From NCBI RefSeq assembly GCF_009914755.1, contig NC_060927.1: DNA of 64,000 nucleotides. One strand, given 5' to 3'. A program made the translations under genes and the position numbers. Shown here in pieces: positions 34,140 through 49,566 of this stretch. Each line of letters opens with the position of its first letter. The first letter of the stretch is position 1. The stretch comes from the human T2T-CHM13v2.0 reference genome, Homo sapiens. The notes under the pieces were generated by a model, which was not told the DNA's origin, made no database searches, and was given only the letters and a program-made list of their open reading frames with translations.

Positions 34140-34800
34140 AGAAATAATTGACAGCACACAGAGTAAGGGAGACGAGAGATATTAACAAAAAGGAAAAGAG
34201 ATATGGAAGATGACTTGAGAAATTCTAGCATAGACCTAATAGGAAGCTCAAAGACATAATGGCTTAGAATTTTTCCAAACTGGTAAAACACATGAAGCTA
34301 CATGTACACTATCTCTCTAGTTATGATTAAAAAAAGAAACCCACACCTGGACATCTTGTAGTGAAACTGCAACACACACATTTACACAAATAATCTTAAA
34401 GCAGCCAGAAATTAAGGACCTGTCACACACGAATATTAGCAAACTACTCAGCAGCCAAAATGGAAGCCAGAAAACAGTCTAACAAGGTCACCAAACTATA
34501 TTCGCAGCAAAATCATTTTTCAGAAATGAAGTGAAATAAAGATTTATGCAGATAAACAAAATGTGCAAGCATTTCCCATCCAAAAATAGCCTACAGGAAC
34601 TTTTAAAGATACGGTTTGAAATGAAGGTTATGACCCTGAAGGAAGGTTTGAGACAGCATAATAATGTGCAAGGCAATTGGTAAGTATGTAAATAACACTA
34701 CAGTAATAGTGTTTGTGTAAAACACTAATCATCATATCCAATGGTTGAGTGTTCAGAGAGAATGAAACCAAAAACTAGATCAGAGTAGCATAAAATTTGG
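34140..34800 (+). mobile_element. Ancient L1 ORF1 fragment
   Basis: cccacacctggacatcttgtagtgaaactgc, aatcttaaagcagccaga, aatggaagccagaa and aaatgaagtgaaataaag are typical L1M ORF1 words. Confidence 0.65.
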
Positions 34801-35224
34801 TTGGCGTGTTCTAAGTCATATATCAGACAGTGGATATTTGGTATAGAGGTGAAGGAACCTACTTGTCAACAATTATTTGAGTAAATCTTGTAAAGTTAGT
34901 TTGAATATCATCTCTATAAAAAATGAATTTTGCTCTTCTGGTACTTTGAAGTTGGTGAAGCCAGGCCCAGTGTATAAAGGATCTTTGGATCATTATCCCT
35001 GAGTAGAGCACCTGGTAATGAGTTGTAAATATGATCTACTAAATTTATGAGTGAATAAAATGAATGAATACTGATAACCTTTCTATATTTTCTATAATAA
35101 TTTACTTATGAAAAGTTGAAAAACCATAACGAATAGGATTGTTTTATTTACTTTAGATAAAATGTAAAGAATATGAATCTACTTGTGAGTCCTGAAGGGG
35201 CATAGTGGATCTTGCACTTAGTTT

Positions 35225-35432
35225 GACCTCTGTAGTCCTGGATTCATTTACAGTTCTGTTATAGAACTCATTGAACTCTGTGGCTCAGTTTCCTTGTGCA
35301 TAATACAGTGAATAATAACTGACCTATACTGTTCATCAACTTGTTACGTTGTAAAAGCACATAAACTAATGTATATAAAAAGTTTAGTAAGTTATAAGAA
35401 AATCACTGAAGATGTTAAGTAAAGCATTATTA
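35225..35432 (+). mobile_element. MIR
   Basis: aactctgtggctcagtttccttgtgcataa...aataataactgacct. Confidence 0.6.
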
Positions 35433-36979
35433 TTACACACAGAGATTACGTGTAAGAATAAATATAGCTCAGAAATCATTATTTAAATTGCATTTAATTT
35501 TTTGGTTTTTGTTTTTACTCTGATGACAAACAGTAATTATAGTTTAGAAAAGAATTAAAATAGAAAAGTATGAAAAAGGAAAATTAAAAATTCTCACATC
35601 TAATCATATATTGATAAACATTAACAATACTGATAATGTGGACTTGCTTTCTTCTATGAATGCTACCACTCTTGCTAATGTTACTGTTAAAACACATACA
35701 CACATACACACACACGCAGGCATGCCTTGTTGTATTGAAATTTGCTTTATAGTGCTTCAGAAATATTGCATTTTACAAGTTGAAGTTTTGTGGCAACACG
35801 TGTTGAGCAAGTCTATGGATGTCATTGTTCTTACATTATGCGTTCCCTTCCTGTCTGTCACATTTGGTAATTCTGGCAATATTTTAAAACTTTTCATTAT
35901 TATATCCGTTATGGTAATCTGTGATCAGTAACCTTTGACATTACTATTCTAATTTGTGGGGGATGGGCGGGTGGGGGGGGGAGCACTATGAACTTTGCCC
36001 GTATAGGACAGGAAGCTTAATTGATCAATGTTGTGTGTGTTCTGACTGCTCCACATACCTAACTGGCCATTCCCCTGTTTCTCTCCTTACTTTCTGGCCT
36101 CCCTATTCCCTGACACACAACAATATTGAAACCAGAACAACGAATAACCCTACAAAGACCTCTAAAATGTTTAAGTGAAAGGAAGAGTTGCATATCTCCC
36201 ATTTTAATTAAAAAGCCAGAAATGATTAAGCTTGGTGAGGAAGGCATATCAAAAGCTGAGATAGGCTGAAAGCTATGCCTCTTGTGCCAAAAAGTTATCC
36301 AACTTGTGAATACAAACAGAAATTCTTAAAGAAAATTGTAAGTACTACTCCAGTGAACATAGGGATGATAAGAAAGTGAAACAGCCTTATTGCTGATATG
36401 GAAAAAATATTAGTGATTTGAATAGAAGATGAAACAAGCCACAACATTCCCTTAAGCCAAAACCTAATCTAGAGCAAGGCTCTAACTCTCTCCAATTCTA
36501 TGAAGTCTGAGAGAGGGGAGAAAGCTATAGAAGAAGAATTGGAAGCTAGCAGAAGTTGGTTACTAAGGTTTAAGAAAAGAAGTTGTCTGCATAACATAAA
36601 AGTGCAAGGTGAAGCAGCTAACGTAATGAAGAAGCTGCAGAAGTTATCCAGAAGATATAGGTAAGATCACTGATGCAGGTGCTACACTCAACCACAGATT
36701 TTCACTGTAGACTTAACAGCCTTCAACTGGAAAAAAAATGTCATCTAGGACTTTCATAGCTAGAGAAGATGAGTCAATAACTGGCTTCAAATCTTTGAAG
36801 GACAGACTGACTGGGGCTAATGCAGCCAGTGAATTTAAGATGAAGCCAATGCTTACCGTTCCAAAAATCCTAGTGCCCTTAAGAATGATGCTAAATCTAT
36901 TCCCCCTGAGCTCTATAAATGAAAAAACAAAGCCTAGGTGATAGTACACCTGTTTATAGCATGGTTTACTGAGTATTTT

Positions 36980-37129
36980 TTTTATTGTACTTTCAGTTCT
37001 AGGGTACATGTGCACAACATGCAGGTTTGTTACATAGGTATACATGTGCCATGTTGGTGTGCTGCACCCATCAACATGTCATTTACATTAGGTATTTCTC
37101 CTAATGCTATCCCTCCCCCACCCCCCACT
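36980..37129 (-). mobile_element. ~150-bp L1PA5/6-like 3'UTR stub
   Basis: ttctagggtacatgtgcacaac...cctaatgctatccctcccc; 10-bp TSD tgagtatttt (36970-36979 and 37130-37139); TT/AAAA endonuclease site. Confidence 0.92.
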
Positions 37130-37528
37130 TGAGTATTTTAAGACCACTGTTGAGACTTATTGCTTGGAAAGAAAAGATCCTTTTCAAAATACTGCTCATT
37201 ACAATGCACCTACTCACCCAAGAGTTTTAATGGAAATGTACAAGGAGATTAATGTTGTTTTCTGTCTGCTAACACATTTTTTCTGCAGCCATGGATCAAG
37301 GAGCAAATTTGACCTTCAAATCTTATTATTTGAGAGATACACTTCATAGGGTTATGGTAGTCATAGATAGTGGTTCCTCTGATGGATGTGGGCAAGGTAA
37401 ATTGAAAATCTTCTGGAAAAATTCACAATTTAGGATGCCATTGAGAACATTTTTAATTCATGGGAGAAGGTCAAAAGGTAAACATGAACAAAGGTTTGGA
37501 AGGAGTTGACTCTAACCTTCCTGGGTTA

Positions 37529-39060
<1,532 letters not shown>

Positions 39061-42000
39061 AAAAGTGGAATCTAAAGATGTGTTGAATTACTGCAATCTC
39101 ATGATACAATATTAGCAGATGAGAAATTGCTTTTTATGAATTAGCAAAGACAATGGTTTCTGGAGATGGAATGTACTCCTGGTGAAGATGCTGTAAACAC
39201 TGTTGAAATGACAACAAAGGATTTAAAATATTACATGAACTTAGTTGATAAAGCTGTGGCATGGTTTGAGAGGATTGAACTCAATTTTAAAAGGCATTCT
39301 ACTGTGTGTAAAATTCTATCAAACATCACTGCATGATGCAGAGAAATGTTTTTGTGAAAGGAAGAGCCAATCAATGCAGCAAACCTCATTGTTTTAAGAA
39401 ATTGCCACAGTTACCCCAACCTTCGGCAACCATCACCCTGATCAATCAGCAACCATCCAGATGGAGGCGAGACACTCTACCAGCAAAAATCACAAGACAA
39501 TGAAGGGTCAGCATTTTTTAGCAAGAAAGTACTTTAAATTAACATATGTACTTTTTTAGAAATAATGCTCTTGCACATTTAATGTAGTACAGTATTATGT
39601 AAACATAACTTCTACATGTTCTGGGAAACTAAAACATTCATGTGACTCACTTTATGGTGATATGTACTTTATTGTGGTGGTTTGGAACCAAGTCTGTAGC
39701 ATCTCCAATGTATGTCTGTTTGCAGTGTTGAAATTTATTTTAATTATATAATTTATGCTATGTGCCGTGTATTTGTGCTCGGCTTTTATTTTTCCTTGAT
39801 CATACTTTGAGAAATATGCCACAATTTTAATATTTCTTAACCACATTCATTTCAAATGTCCAGACAGAATTACATTTAAATAGAAGAACCAAAATATATT
39901 TAACTTGTCTTCTATAGGTATTAACATATAGGTATATTTGGATGTATAAATTCCCAATTCCCACTAATGAAAATAACTCTAAAATATGTATAGGAATCTT
40001 AATGTGACTCTGCTTTTTCCTTTTGAGTAAAATAGAATGAAATTATTTTTTCCAAGGAGATAAACAAAAAGCTGAAGATGTTTTTAGCCAAATTCCCCTT
40101 TATAAAAAGTTATAGAGGTAACATTCTATGAATGGTGTAGAAAAGCTGTAATAAAACCAATCAATTTTTTAAGTGGTAAACTTCAAATATCTGGAAATTT
40201 AATCATGATTAGATTATTATTATATCTGATTTGTCATGAGTGCTAAGATAAATATGGTATTATTGTTTTATATTACATTATAGGAAATAAGAATATTAAC
40301 CATAATAATTTAAGGGAGGTGCCCCAGTATACCCAGTATCAAGACAGTTTAAGTAAGTGTGGAAATAATAGATGCATTATGAAATACTACATATTCTGGA
40401 ATAATTTGGGCATGTGATATAGATATAATGAACAGTACATTCTGTAAATCCCAAAGATTAGTTTTCAGACTAGGTTTTAGTACAGTAAGGTACCTGTATA
40501 TTTTCATTTTTATTAATGGTGATTTTTAACTAAGTAAATATATTTTTCACTAATTTATTTAACGAAACAATACTATGATAATTTTTCAAAGTTCTGGGTC
40601 ATAATGGGAGCAGGTTGCATATATTTTAGTTGTGGCATAGAAAATTAGAAAAAAAATAATCATTCTGACAATGGAAAATGTGAAGATGTAGCAAATATGG
40701 TATTAGATGACCTGATACCAACTATGTTGGTCCTCAGCCAGTAATACCAGCTGCACAAGAAATGGAAGATGGCAGGTGAAATTGATAAACCACAAATAAT
40801 TTAATAACACAGCATGCCAATATAAGGACTAAAACTGACTAGGTTATTAAAGAGATGTCTGAAATCACATGAATTTTAAAAATGATTCGATGACATTTTG
40901 TTGATAAGGGTGAAAAAATCAGGTGTAAGGCAAACACTTTAATTGTAATAAACTATATAAATATTACCAGTGGAATATACAACTCAGAATTTTGAACAAA
41001 GAAGTAACTACATACCTAATCATGAAAATTTTGAACTGTATTCTGCTTATAATTAATTAATCCATTTTGCAGAGATCATTTGTGAAAAGAATGACAACTA
41101 ATAACAAAGCAGAAAAGAAAGCAAGTTATGGATTTTGATTCCTCTTATCTTAAAAAATTAGTGTTAGAATTCTCCCAATTACTTTTCTCTAGTAAGTTTG
41201 TATATTTATACTTTAAATGTGACTATTTTGTTTGAAATCTTCTCAATAAAGCTTTTTTTTTTTCTGAATTTAGAGCTCAGAATAGTTAGAATAATTTACC
41301 TGTTTTTCTTTCTGAAGAGAATACAGTTTTATAGATAGCATCTCTGAATCTACTTAAATTGGTAAGCTGAATCTTCCAAAAGGCACTGAGAGAACATACA
41401 CTTTTGTTTCTGCTAGAATGATAAAATGCCAGACAATTGCATTTTAGGTTGGCTATCTTTAAAAGTTTGTAGACCCTGAACAATCTTGGTGAGCCAGGAA
41501 AAATATATGGCATGAAATAAACATTAATTGGCAGGTGTGTTTGACCAATTCGAGCTCTCATTGTTTAAAATGAAAATGCACACCTTCAAAAAGTTAATTA
41601 GAAAATAATTTGAGAAAACATCATTTTCCCCAAATGTTTCACCCATCTTTTTGTACTTAATTCAATGGTTACATCAGTTGCAAAGTTATTATCTGTACTA
41701 CAGAACTTTCCATCTACTGCTATTTTGTGCATGTTATAGAATGCATATATGTTAGAAGTGTGTGTTTCAATTTTTTAAAACTTACAGTGCTATTCTGAAA
41801 AACTTTAGAGAAAGACCAAGCAAAAATAGTTACACTAGATTATGTGTTTGTGTGTGAATGTATTCAGATGTTTTCATGTATATCTTTGTGTGTGTCTTTT
41901 GTGTGTGTATTTTTCTGTGGATTAAGTGGGAAAGACGTGGAAGGAGAATGAAGCTATGTTTCAATGCTTTTTGATTTTTGGACAGTCCCACCAATTCTTA

Positions 42001-44127
42001 CAGGAGCATGATCCTTGGAAGGATAAAGTGGAACATCAGAAAGAGGCAAAGGAACAAAGGAAAAAATAAATTAGGGAGTGAAAGTGGAGATAGTGTCAAC
42101 GGAGTTTCAGGGGATTGTAGTTAGACAAAAAGAAGATGGATAATATTAACAACAAACTTGAGCTGCTTACAAATATCTGCTCATAACATTATTTTATTAC
42201 TAGTCCTAATTTATTGAGTGAAAAGAAATTCAAATATTAAGAAAACTGTCTTTATCTTAAATGTAGTAAATGTTTATAAATCATAATGACCAGAACAAAT
42301 TTCAAGGCAATAATATAATTACTGTTAAGTACTTATATGTTCCAAATTTATATCAAAAATTAAACAACTTAAGCATTGAGAAATAATATTTTCTAACATT
42401 GTATATCGCTCCTGAAATGTATCTAGCTTTATGACATTTTTTGCATTTAGCTTTGACTTTGGGGTTGTTAAATTGTGCCAGGGGATAAATAACTATAAAC
42501 TATATTTGAGAAAGAATGTCCTAACAAGCAATAATGGGATGTTTCCATTCTTTGATTTTTCTCACTAATTATGATATGTATTATAGTGTTATAATCATCT
42601 GTTGGCCAAAATGATAAACCATAGTGTAATTATTTGTCTCCCCCATACTGTGTTTAAGGAATAAAAGATAAAATAATTTGAACATGCTAAAGATATTAAA
42701 TAATGTGCAGCCACAAATAGAAAATGGGCATGGAAATAGAGTATTTCTTATTTGTTAAAAAAGGTTAGAAGTAAAATTTAAAGATATTCTTATTAAGCAA
42801 TAAAAAGAACATGTGGCATTTCCCTTATACAAATAATAATGTTGAATTTTGGAGAGGAAACTAATGACATTATATATTTATGGCTAAAACTTCAAGCCAC
42901 TGTAAACATTTCTATAAAATTAATTTCAGCTAAAAGATTCTGTAACCTGGATATACATTAGTTTTGTATTGGTCACTTGTTGAACTAAAAGAAATACTTA
43001 AGCAGAAGGTATCTGTAGAGAAAGAGTATTAATAGCCACTGCAGCAAGCATAAATAAGAATGTCTTGCTGAGTGTGTGTGAAAAATAAAGACATTATTTA
43101 TACTCAATGGCAGATCCAGAATGGTTTTTGGCAAGAAAAGTCAAAAAGATGTAATGTATAGGCTTCTTTGAGAATTTAAGTACAGTTCTAAGGAACTAGT
43201 CGAAAATGAACTAGTTGGCAAAGAAAAAAAAAAGATAGAATAAAAGTAGAAAAATTCTAATTCCTCCTAACAAGAACAGCTATCCATGCAAAATTATGCC
43301 TAAGCAGTCTAGTATTTTCAATAACATTAATTTGGGTTCATTTTAATGAACTGTCTAGTTTCCATTAAACTTTTATTAAATCTTGTTCCACCAATATAAT
43401 AGACTAAAATTATTAAATCTCTCTGAACCATATATAATTATTCTGAGATATTTACCCATGCAATAATATATCAAGACAAAAGGGCATTTTTATTCAACCT
43501 TTCAGAAGGAAAACTTTTGTGAAGGAGTAAACTTCTACATAACATGTAAATAGAACGTCTTCTTATAATGCTAAAATAAAAGCATTATCCAATGTTGGTG
43601 GGAAGATGGTCATTGCAATTAACCACAACATATAGTTCTGACCTTCCTGGCAGCCAAAGGAATATAGAGACTATGTAATTTTGAGGTTATGTCGCTTTCA
43701 TATCATATTACAAAAGGCACATGAACTCATGCAGAGAGTGTGGATCTTCATAAAGAAAAAAACAGCATTATAATAATCAACATTTTCTAAATGTCTTACA
43801 CAAATTAAGTGCTCAATGAATTTATATTAATAAAACAAATACTTTTTTTGTTTATTAAAAATTAATGAAATGAATTTGGTATGAGCTTTTCAAATATTTA
43901 TCTCAGAAAAAATAAATATTGTGCTATTAAATCATATTTCTGTTTAACCAAGGTTCATATTTGAGGGAGAGCATAGATCCTTTTGGTAGTTGGGTAAAGA
44001 CTAGAGACTTTTCTCAGAATAAAGGTTACAAATGTGTACTATAAAAATATAACATTGCAAAGAAAACTGTATCACATCATCACAAAGTTTTAAAAATAGT
44101 TTTTGAAATTCTATTAAGATAATAAAA

Positions 44128-44616
44128 GTGTTAAGGAAAGTGGCTAATCTTTAAAGATGGCCCTCAATGAATCAGACTTTCCAGTATTCGTGCCCTTTAT
44201 TAGACTCCTCCCATCTTGATTCTTAGCTGGAGGAAATGATAAGGCTATGTCATAAGAAGTTTTGCAGCTTCTGCCTTGGCCTCATGGACCAACGGACCTC
44301 TTGGAACATTCCTTATAGGAACTCAGGCACAACAGGACAGAGAGATACTGAGTAGGTGCTCTGGTTTTCAGCACAAACTAAGCTACTAGTAGCCTTTTGC
44401 CAACATCAACTGCCAGTCAAATTAGTGAGCCACTTTGAACACCTAGTCCAGCTGAGCTTTACCTACTACAGTTCCAGTGGATTCTGACTGGCACCTCATG
44501 AGAGAGACCTCAGGGCCACTCAGTTAAGTCCAGTCCAACCAATGAAATACAAGAAATTATAAATTGCTTTAAGCTACTAAATTCTTGTGTGGTTTCCTAG
44601 CCATAAATTACTGGAA
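44128..44616 (+). mobile_element. MLT1G/H-class LTR
   Basis: aagatggccctcaatgaatc...gcagcttctgccttgg...catcaactgccag...tttaagctactaaatt. Confidence 0.7.
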
Positions 44617-44731
44617 AAATGTGTTTCTCTACTATTGCATTAAGTAACAAGACAAGAGAGAGTCTAATAACTAGTGATTTCAAATTAGTGAGGAGCATAA
44701 AGTATGCTCAAGATTTCTGTTACATTCATAA

Positions 44732-45135
<404 letters not shown>

Positions 45136-48100
45136 AAGGAGTTGCTAAATTTAATGAGAACTTGTGAAAATAAAGTGCACCTTCTGTTCCCCCTTATCCA
45201 AATTCATGCATTCTCCTGAATTCTAAACAGTGATTGTGGATGCCAAGTGAAGAACCCCTGTGCCAAATCATTGCTGTGCCATGTGATAATTATGGAGATA
45301 ATTACTCTCCTCTATTGCATAAACATTTCTTTTTAAATAGAGAAACAATTACAGTAGGACATTTGATATAAACTTTGATGGAAACTATGAGACTATTGTT
45401 TATATCATAAAAAAACTAAAAAAAAGTACCAAAACAGTCTCTTATGATGAGTCCTTATAAAACTCATGAATCTTTAATCAAGTCAGTGATTCAAATATTG
45501 GTTTTACAAATAGGAGGAAACTGTCAAACTTTCTGGACGGACACATTATTGTCACCAAACTTAGTAACAAAAATCCGTATGGTTAGCATATGTCTATGCT
45601 TAATTTTCTAGGCCCACTTTCAAATTTTACTAAAACAGACCTTTGAAAATATCAAATGATAGTGTCATCATCACTATCCCTGACATGTTGAACTTTTCTG
45701 CCCCTACAAAAGTGAAATGCAGGATGAGAAGTAGGGTTCACCATTACTGTTGACCCTAATTAGTGGTGTCGAGTTAGAACACAATGCTAAAGATTTGAAG
45801 ACTAGATCAGAGTCCTGAGGAAGACTAACATGATGAATCATTAATATTTTCCATGTATATCCAAAGTGTGAAGTGTAGAACTTTCATTGAATTCCCATTG
45901 TTTAAAAATATAAAAGTAAAGCCCCCCATTGTCCAAAAAAGTTTATCAAGGTTAAACTAGTTTAAGATCACATTGAAAACAGACTGTGCCAGTTAACGAG
46001 AATGATTCTAATGCTCTTTCTGTAGCTTTTTAATTAAAACATTTAGAAACTCATAATATTTGCAAAACATTATTTTTCAAGATCAGGTGACATCACTGGG
46101 CAAGTCAGGAAGATGTTTTTATTGTTTTTCATTGGGAAAAGGTACTACAGGAAACAGACTTTAAAAGTAATATTACTAAGTATTTTAAGGAAACTAAATA
46201 ATATTTTACTTTGGAAAACTAATTTAAATGTTAAAAGTTAAAATCAAAGATGTGATACATCTAATGGTATGTACTGGTAGCTCAAGTATGTACGGGAAAA
46301 CTGCACTATCAATTGACCTCTCATACATCTTTAGAAATCTAAGCTTGCAATTAAGTAATTCAATTCACTGCATCCTAATTTCCAGCTATCATTTTATTGT
46401 GTTCCATTTTCACTTGACACAATATAGAGCTAAAAGCAATGATGCCTTGTACCCAAAAAAAGTTTACTAAATACATTTTGATAGTGATTTCCTCCTGAGG
46501 TCCACAGCCATTCATGAAGACCTCACAGTTCCATCGCCAACTGTTGCTTTTATCTAGCATTTTGTTAACCCCGAGTAGCTGGTCATTCCAGTTAATTATC
46601 TCCCTCTTCATAAAAAGCTCCTGTTGCACAGGGAAGCCATCTTCACTCAGTCAAAGATAATCTATAACTTTCAGAAATGCTGATAACAAATTCAAATTGA
46701 AGTCACTTAATCAGCAGTTGGTTTTGTTTTTCTTATTAAATATGTGCAGCCTCCTATTCTTTACACTTATTTAAAATTTGTATCTCCACTGTCATTGTCA
46801 CAGAAGTGTTTTGATGGCTTATATATACTAGTTACTGCAGTAGCTGGAAAAAACAGCATCTATATATGTGTAATAATAGGCAGCACATTCCAAGATCCAG
46901 ATCACCATGGATGCCAGGCAGAGAGGTCACATATGCCCAGTCTGGAGAATAGGTACCAGTGACTTTACGTATAATCCTCACAGGTACTGCTCAACAGTAT
47001 TGCATTTGACATACAGTTAATATATTGAAAAAGATAGTGATTTGTTGACCAATATGCTAAATAGATAATGTTTAAATAATTTTAACCATGAACCATGGCT
47101 ATTTTTGGTTAAATATAATTAGTATTATAAATTTTTCTGTCTATAAGAAAGCACAGTCTACACCAATACCAATTGCCCTCCTCCCTGCCACCATTCCCGT
47201 GACAATGTTGGATCGTACAAGGATTGAACAGATGGAATGTGTTATGGGAATGCCCTTACTTATGACCTGAAGGCATCCTTCTTTCCCTTGGGATCAAAGG
47301 TGATCTTATTTTCCATGCTAACTCTTTGTCCTGAGGCAGAGTCTATCAACTCTCTGACATTTCTGCTGAAATATATGATGGTTTTGAAATGTGAGTTGAT
47401 GTTCCCTCCAGACTATATTTTAATCAGATTCATTTTAATAATAAAAAGAACCTTGAATTAACAAAATGACAATATTTTATAGGCAATTTGAAGATGATTA
47501 GATGCACTTCATAATACTCCCAAAATCCTCAAGATAAATGTATAGGTGAATAAAATTATCCCCTACTCCCTAAAATCATGTTTTCCCAACTTAAGAAGAT
47601 TGGACATATTATGCTTGATATGATTTAACTCTTTATGGATTTTACACTAAGATAATACACTAGTCAAATTGGAATTCATTGTTTTAGATATTTTAATGCT
47701 TTGATATCTATGGTCAAAGTAATATTAAGAGTCATATGAATAAAAATTATTTCAATTTAATCACACAGTAAGAAGTAGAAGAAAATAGTTCTCAGTAATA
47801 TGAAACTTAATTAAACTTAAAAAGTAATTTTAAGATTTGTTTCTATAAGGTTTATTTTCAGTAACAAATATTATCTTTAATATTATAAACCATGTTAAGG
47901 ATTAAATTATTATATGAGAAATATGACTTGAGTTACTCCAACACTGACAGAAGTACAGAAATAAAGCAGTTGACTGCCTTTCATAGATTAGAAATAAATA
48001 AGTGTTTTTATAAGACCACTTTGGTGATATCTGTATTATTCTAGTGAATTGTACTAATAAAGGATTTTGGCTTAAACTATAACTGTCTTAAATCTGTGTT

Positions 48101-48389
48101 CATCTTTTACAGTCTTCGTTGTTCACTTGTTCTGTTTAGCATGTCACTAACATTTGACGCTGTGTCTAAGGCTTAATTCTAGACTCCTATGCCTGTTATA
48201 GTAGTGTTTTGTTTGCTCTTTTATTTCACCTCCTTGACTCCCATTTAGGGTAAAGAACAACATTGGAATTATTTTCAATTCCTTTACATTTTTTATTTTA
48301 AGATGGTTAATGGGCTAAAACATAGTCAATTAAGAAACTCGAAACTCACTTTAAGCATATTGATTAGGTCTTCGTGTTTCTAAGCTATT

Positions 48390-48880
48390 ACGTTTCTCAA
48401 TACCACTGATATTCGCTGCCCCCTGGTGTTCCCAGCCTTGCATACTTCTCTCTTCTTGAGTAACTTGCTTCTAATCAACAGAATACGGCAACGTTGAAGG
48501 GGATGGCCTGTCCATGCCGAGGTTACGAAACATGGAGACTTATGTCTTGTTAACAGACTCCCTTTATTATCTTCTTAGCTTTTACATGTGATAAGATGCC
48601 ACGCTAGAGAGGACAACAAGGCAAGGAACTTAGTGCCACCTCTGGCCAACAGCTGGCAAGAAACTGAGTCCCTCAGTCTAGTATACTTGCCAAAAACTAT
48701 GTGTTAGCTTAAAAGTTGAGGCTTTAGATACGACCTTGATTGCAGCCCTGTGAGTGAACAAGAAACAGTGTCCCAGCAAATCATGCCTGAATTCCTGACT
48801 CACAGAAAGTGTGAGATAAATCAATGTGTTTTAAGCCACAAAGTTTTGGGGTAATTTGTTACCTATCAATACATAATACA
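48390..48880 (+). mobile_element. MLT1F-like LTR
   Basis: cttgcttctaatcaacagaatacggcaa...ctctggccaacagc...ttcctgactcacagaaagtgtgagataa...aagttttggggtaatttgttac...taataca. Confidence 0.82.
48414..48430 (-). promoter_or_regulatory. Candidate CTCF-binding motif
   Basis: Reverse complement AACACCAGGGGGCAGCG matches the CTCF core CCASYAGRKGGCRS except at the first position. Confidence 0.55.
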
Positions 48881-49172
48881 CTTTTTAGACTGTATTTACT
48901 TGATCAATTTCTGCTACTTTTGAAAAATATGGAGTATTCCTACAGTCCTGCACTGAAGTGATGGAACCCTATCAGTGTCCTTCCTTACCCTTCTTCTTTG
49001 ATATCCTAGACTCCAATTCTGCTTTAGTTATTACTACCTTGTAAGCTATAGAAAGATGATTCTCTTTCCAGTACCTTGGGTTTGTATCATTCTTAGGCTA
49101 AAACACTCATTGTTGACTGTTTTTCCTTGCCAGTGATAAGGCATTGGTGTTTGGCCCAGACTTTGCCAATGA

Positions 49173-49566
<394 letters not shown>

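Noticed and set aside
45620-45760. Possible L3/CR1 fragment
   Set aside because: Similarity is too weak to support by eye.
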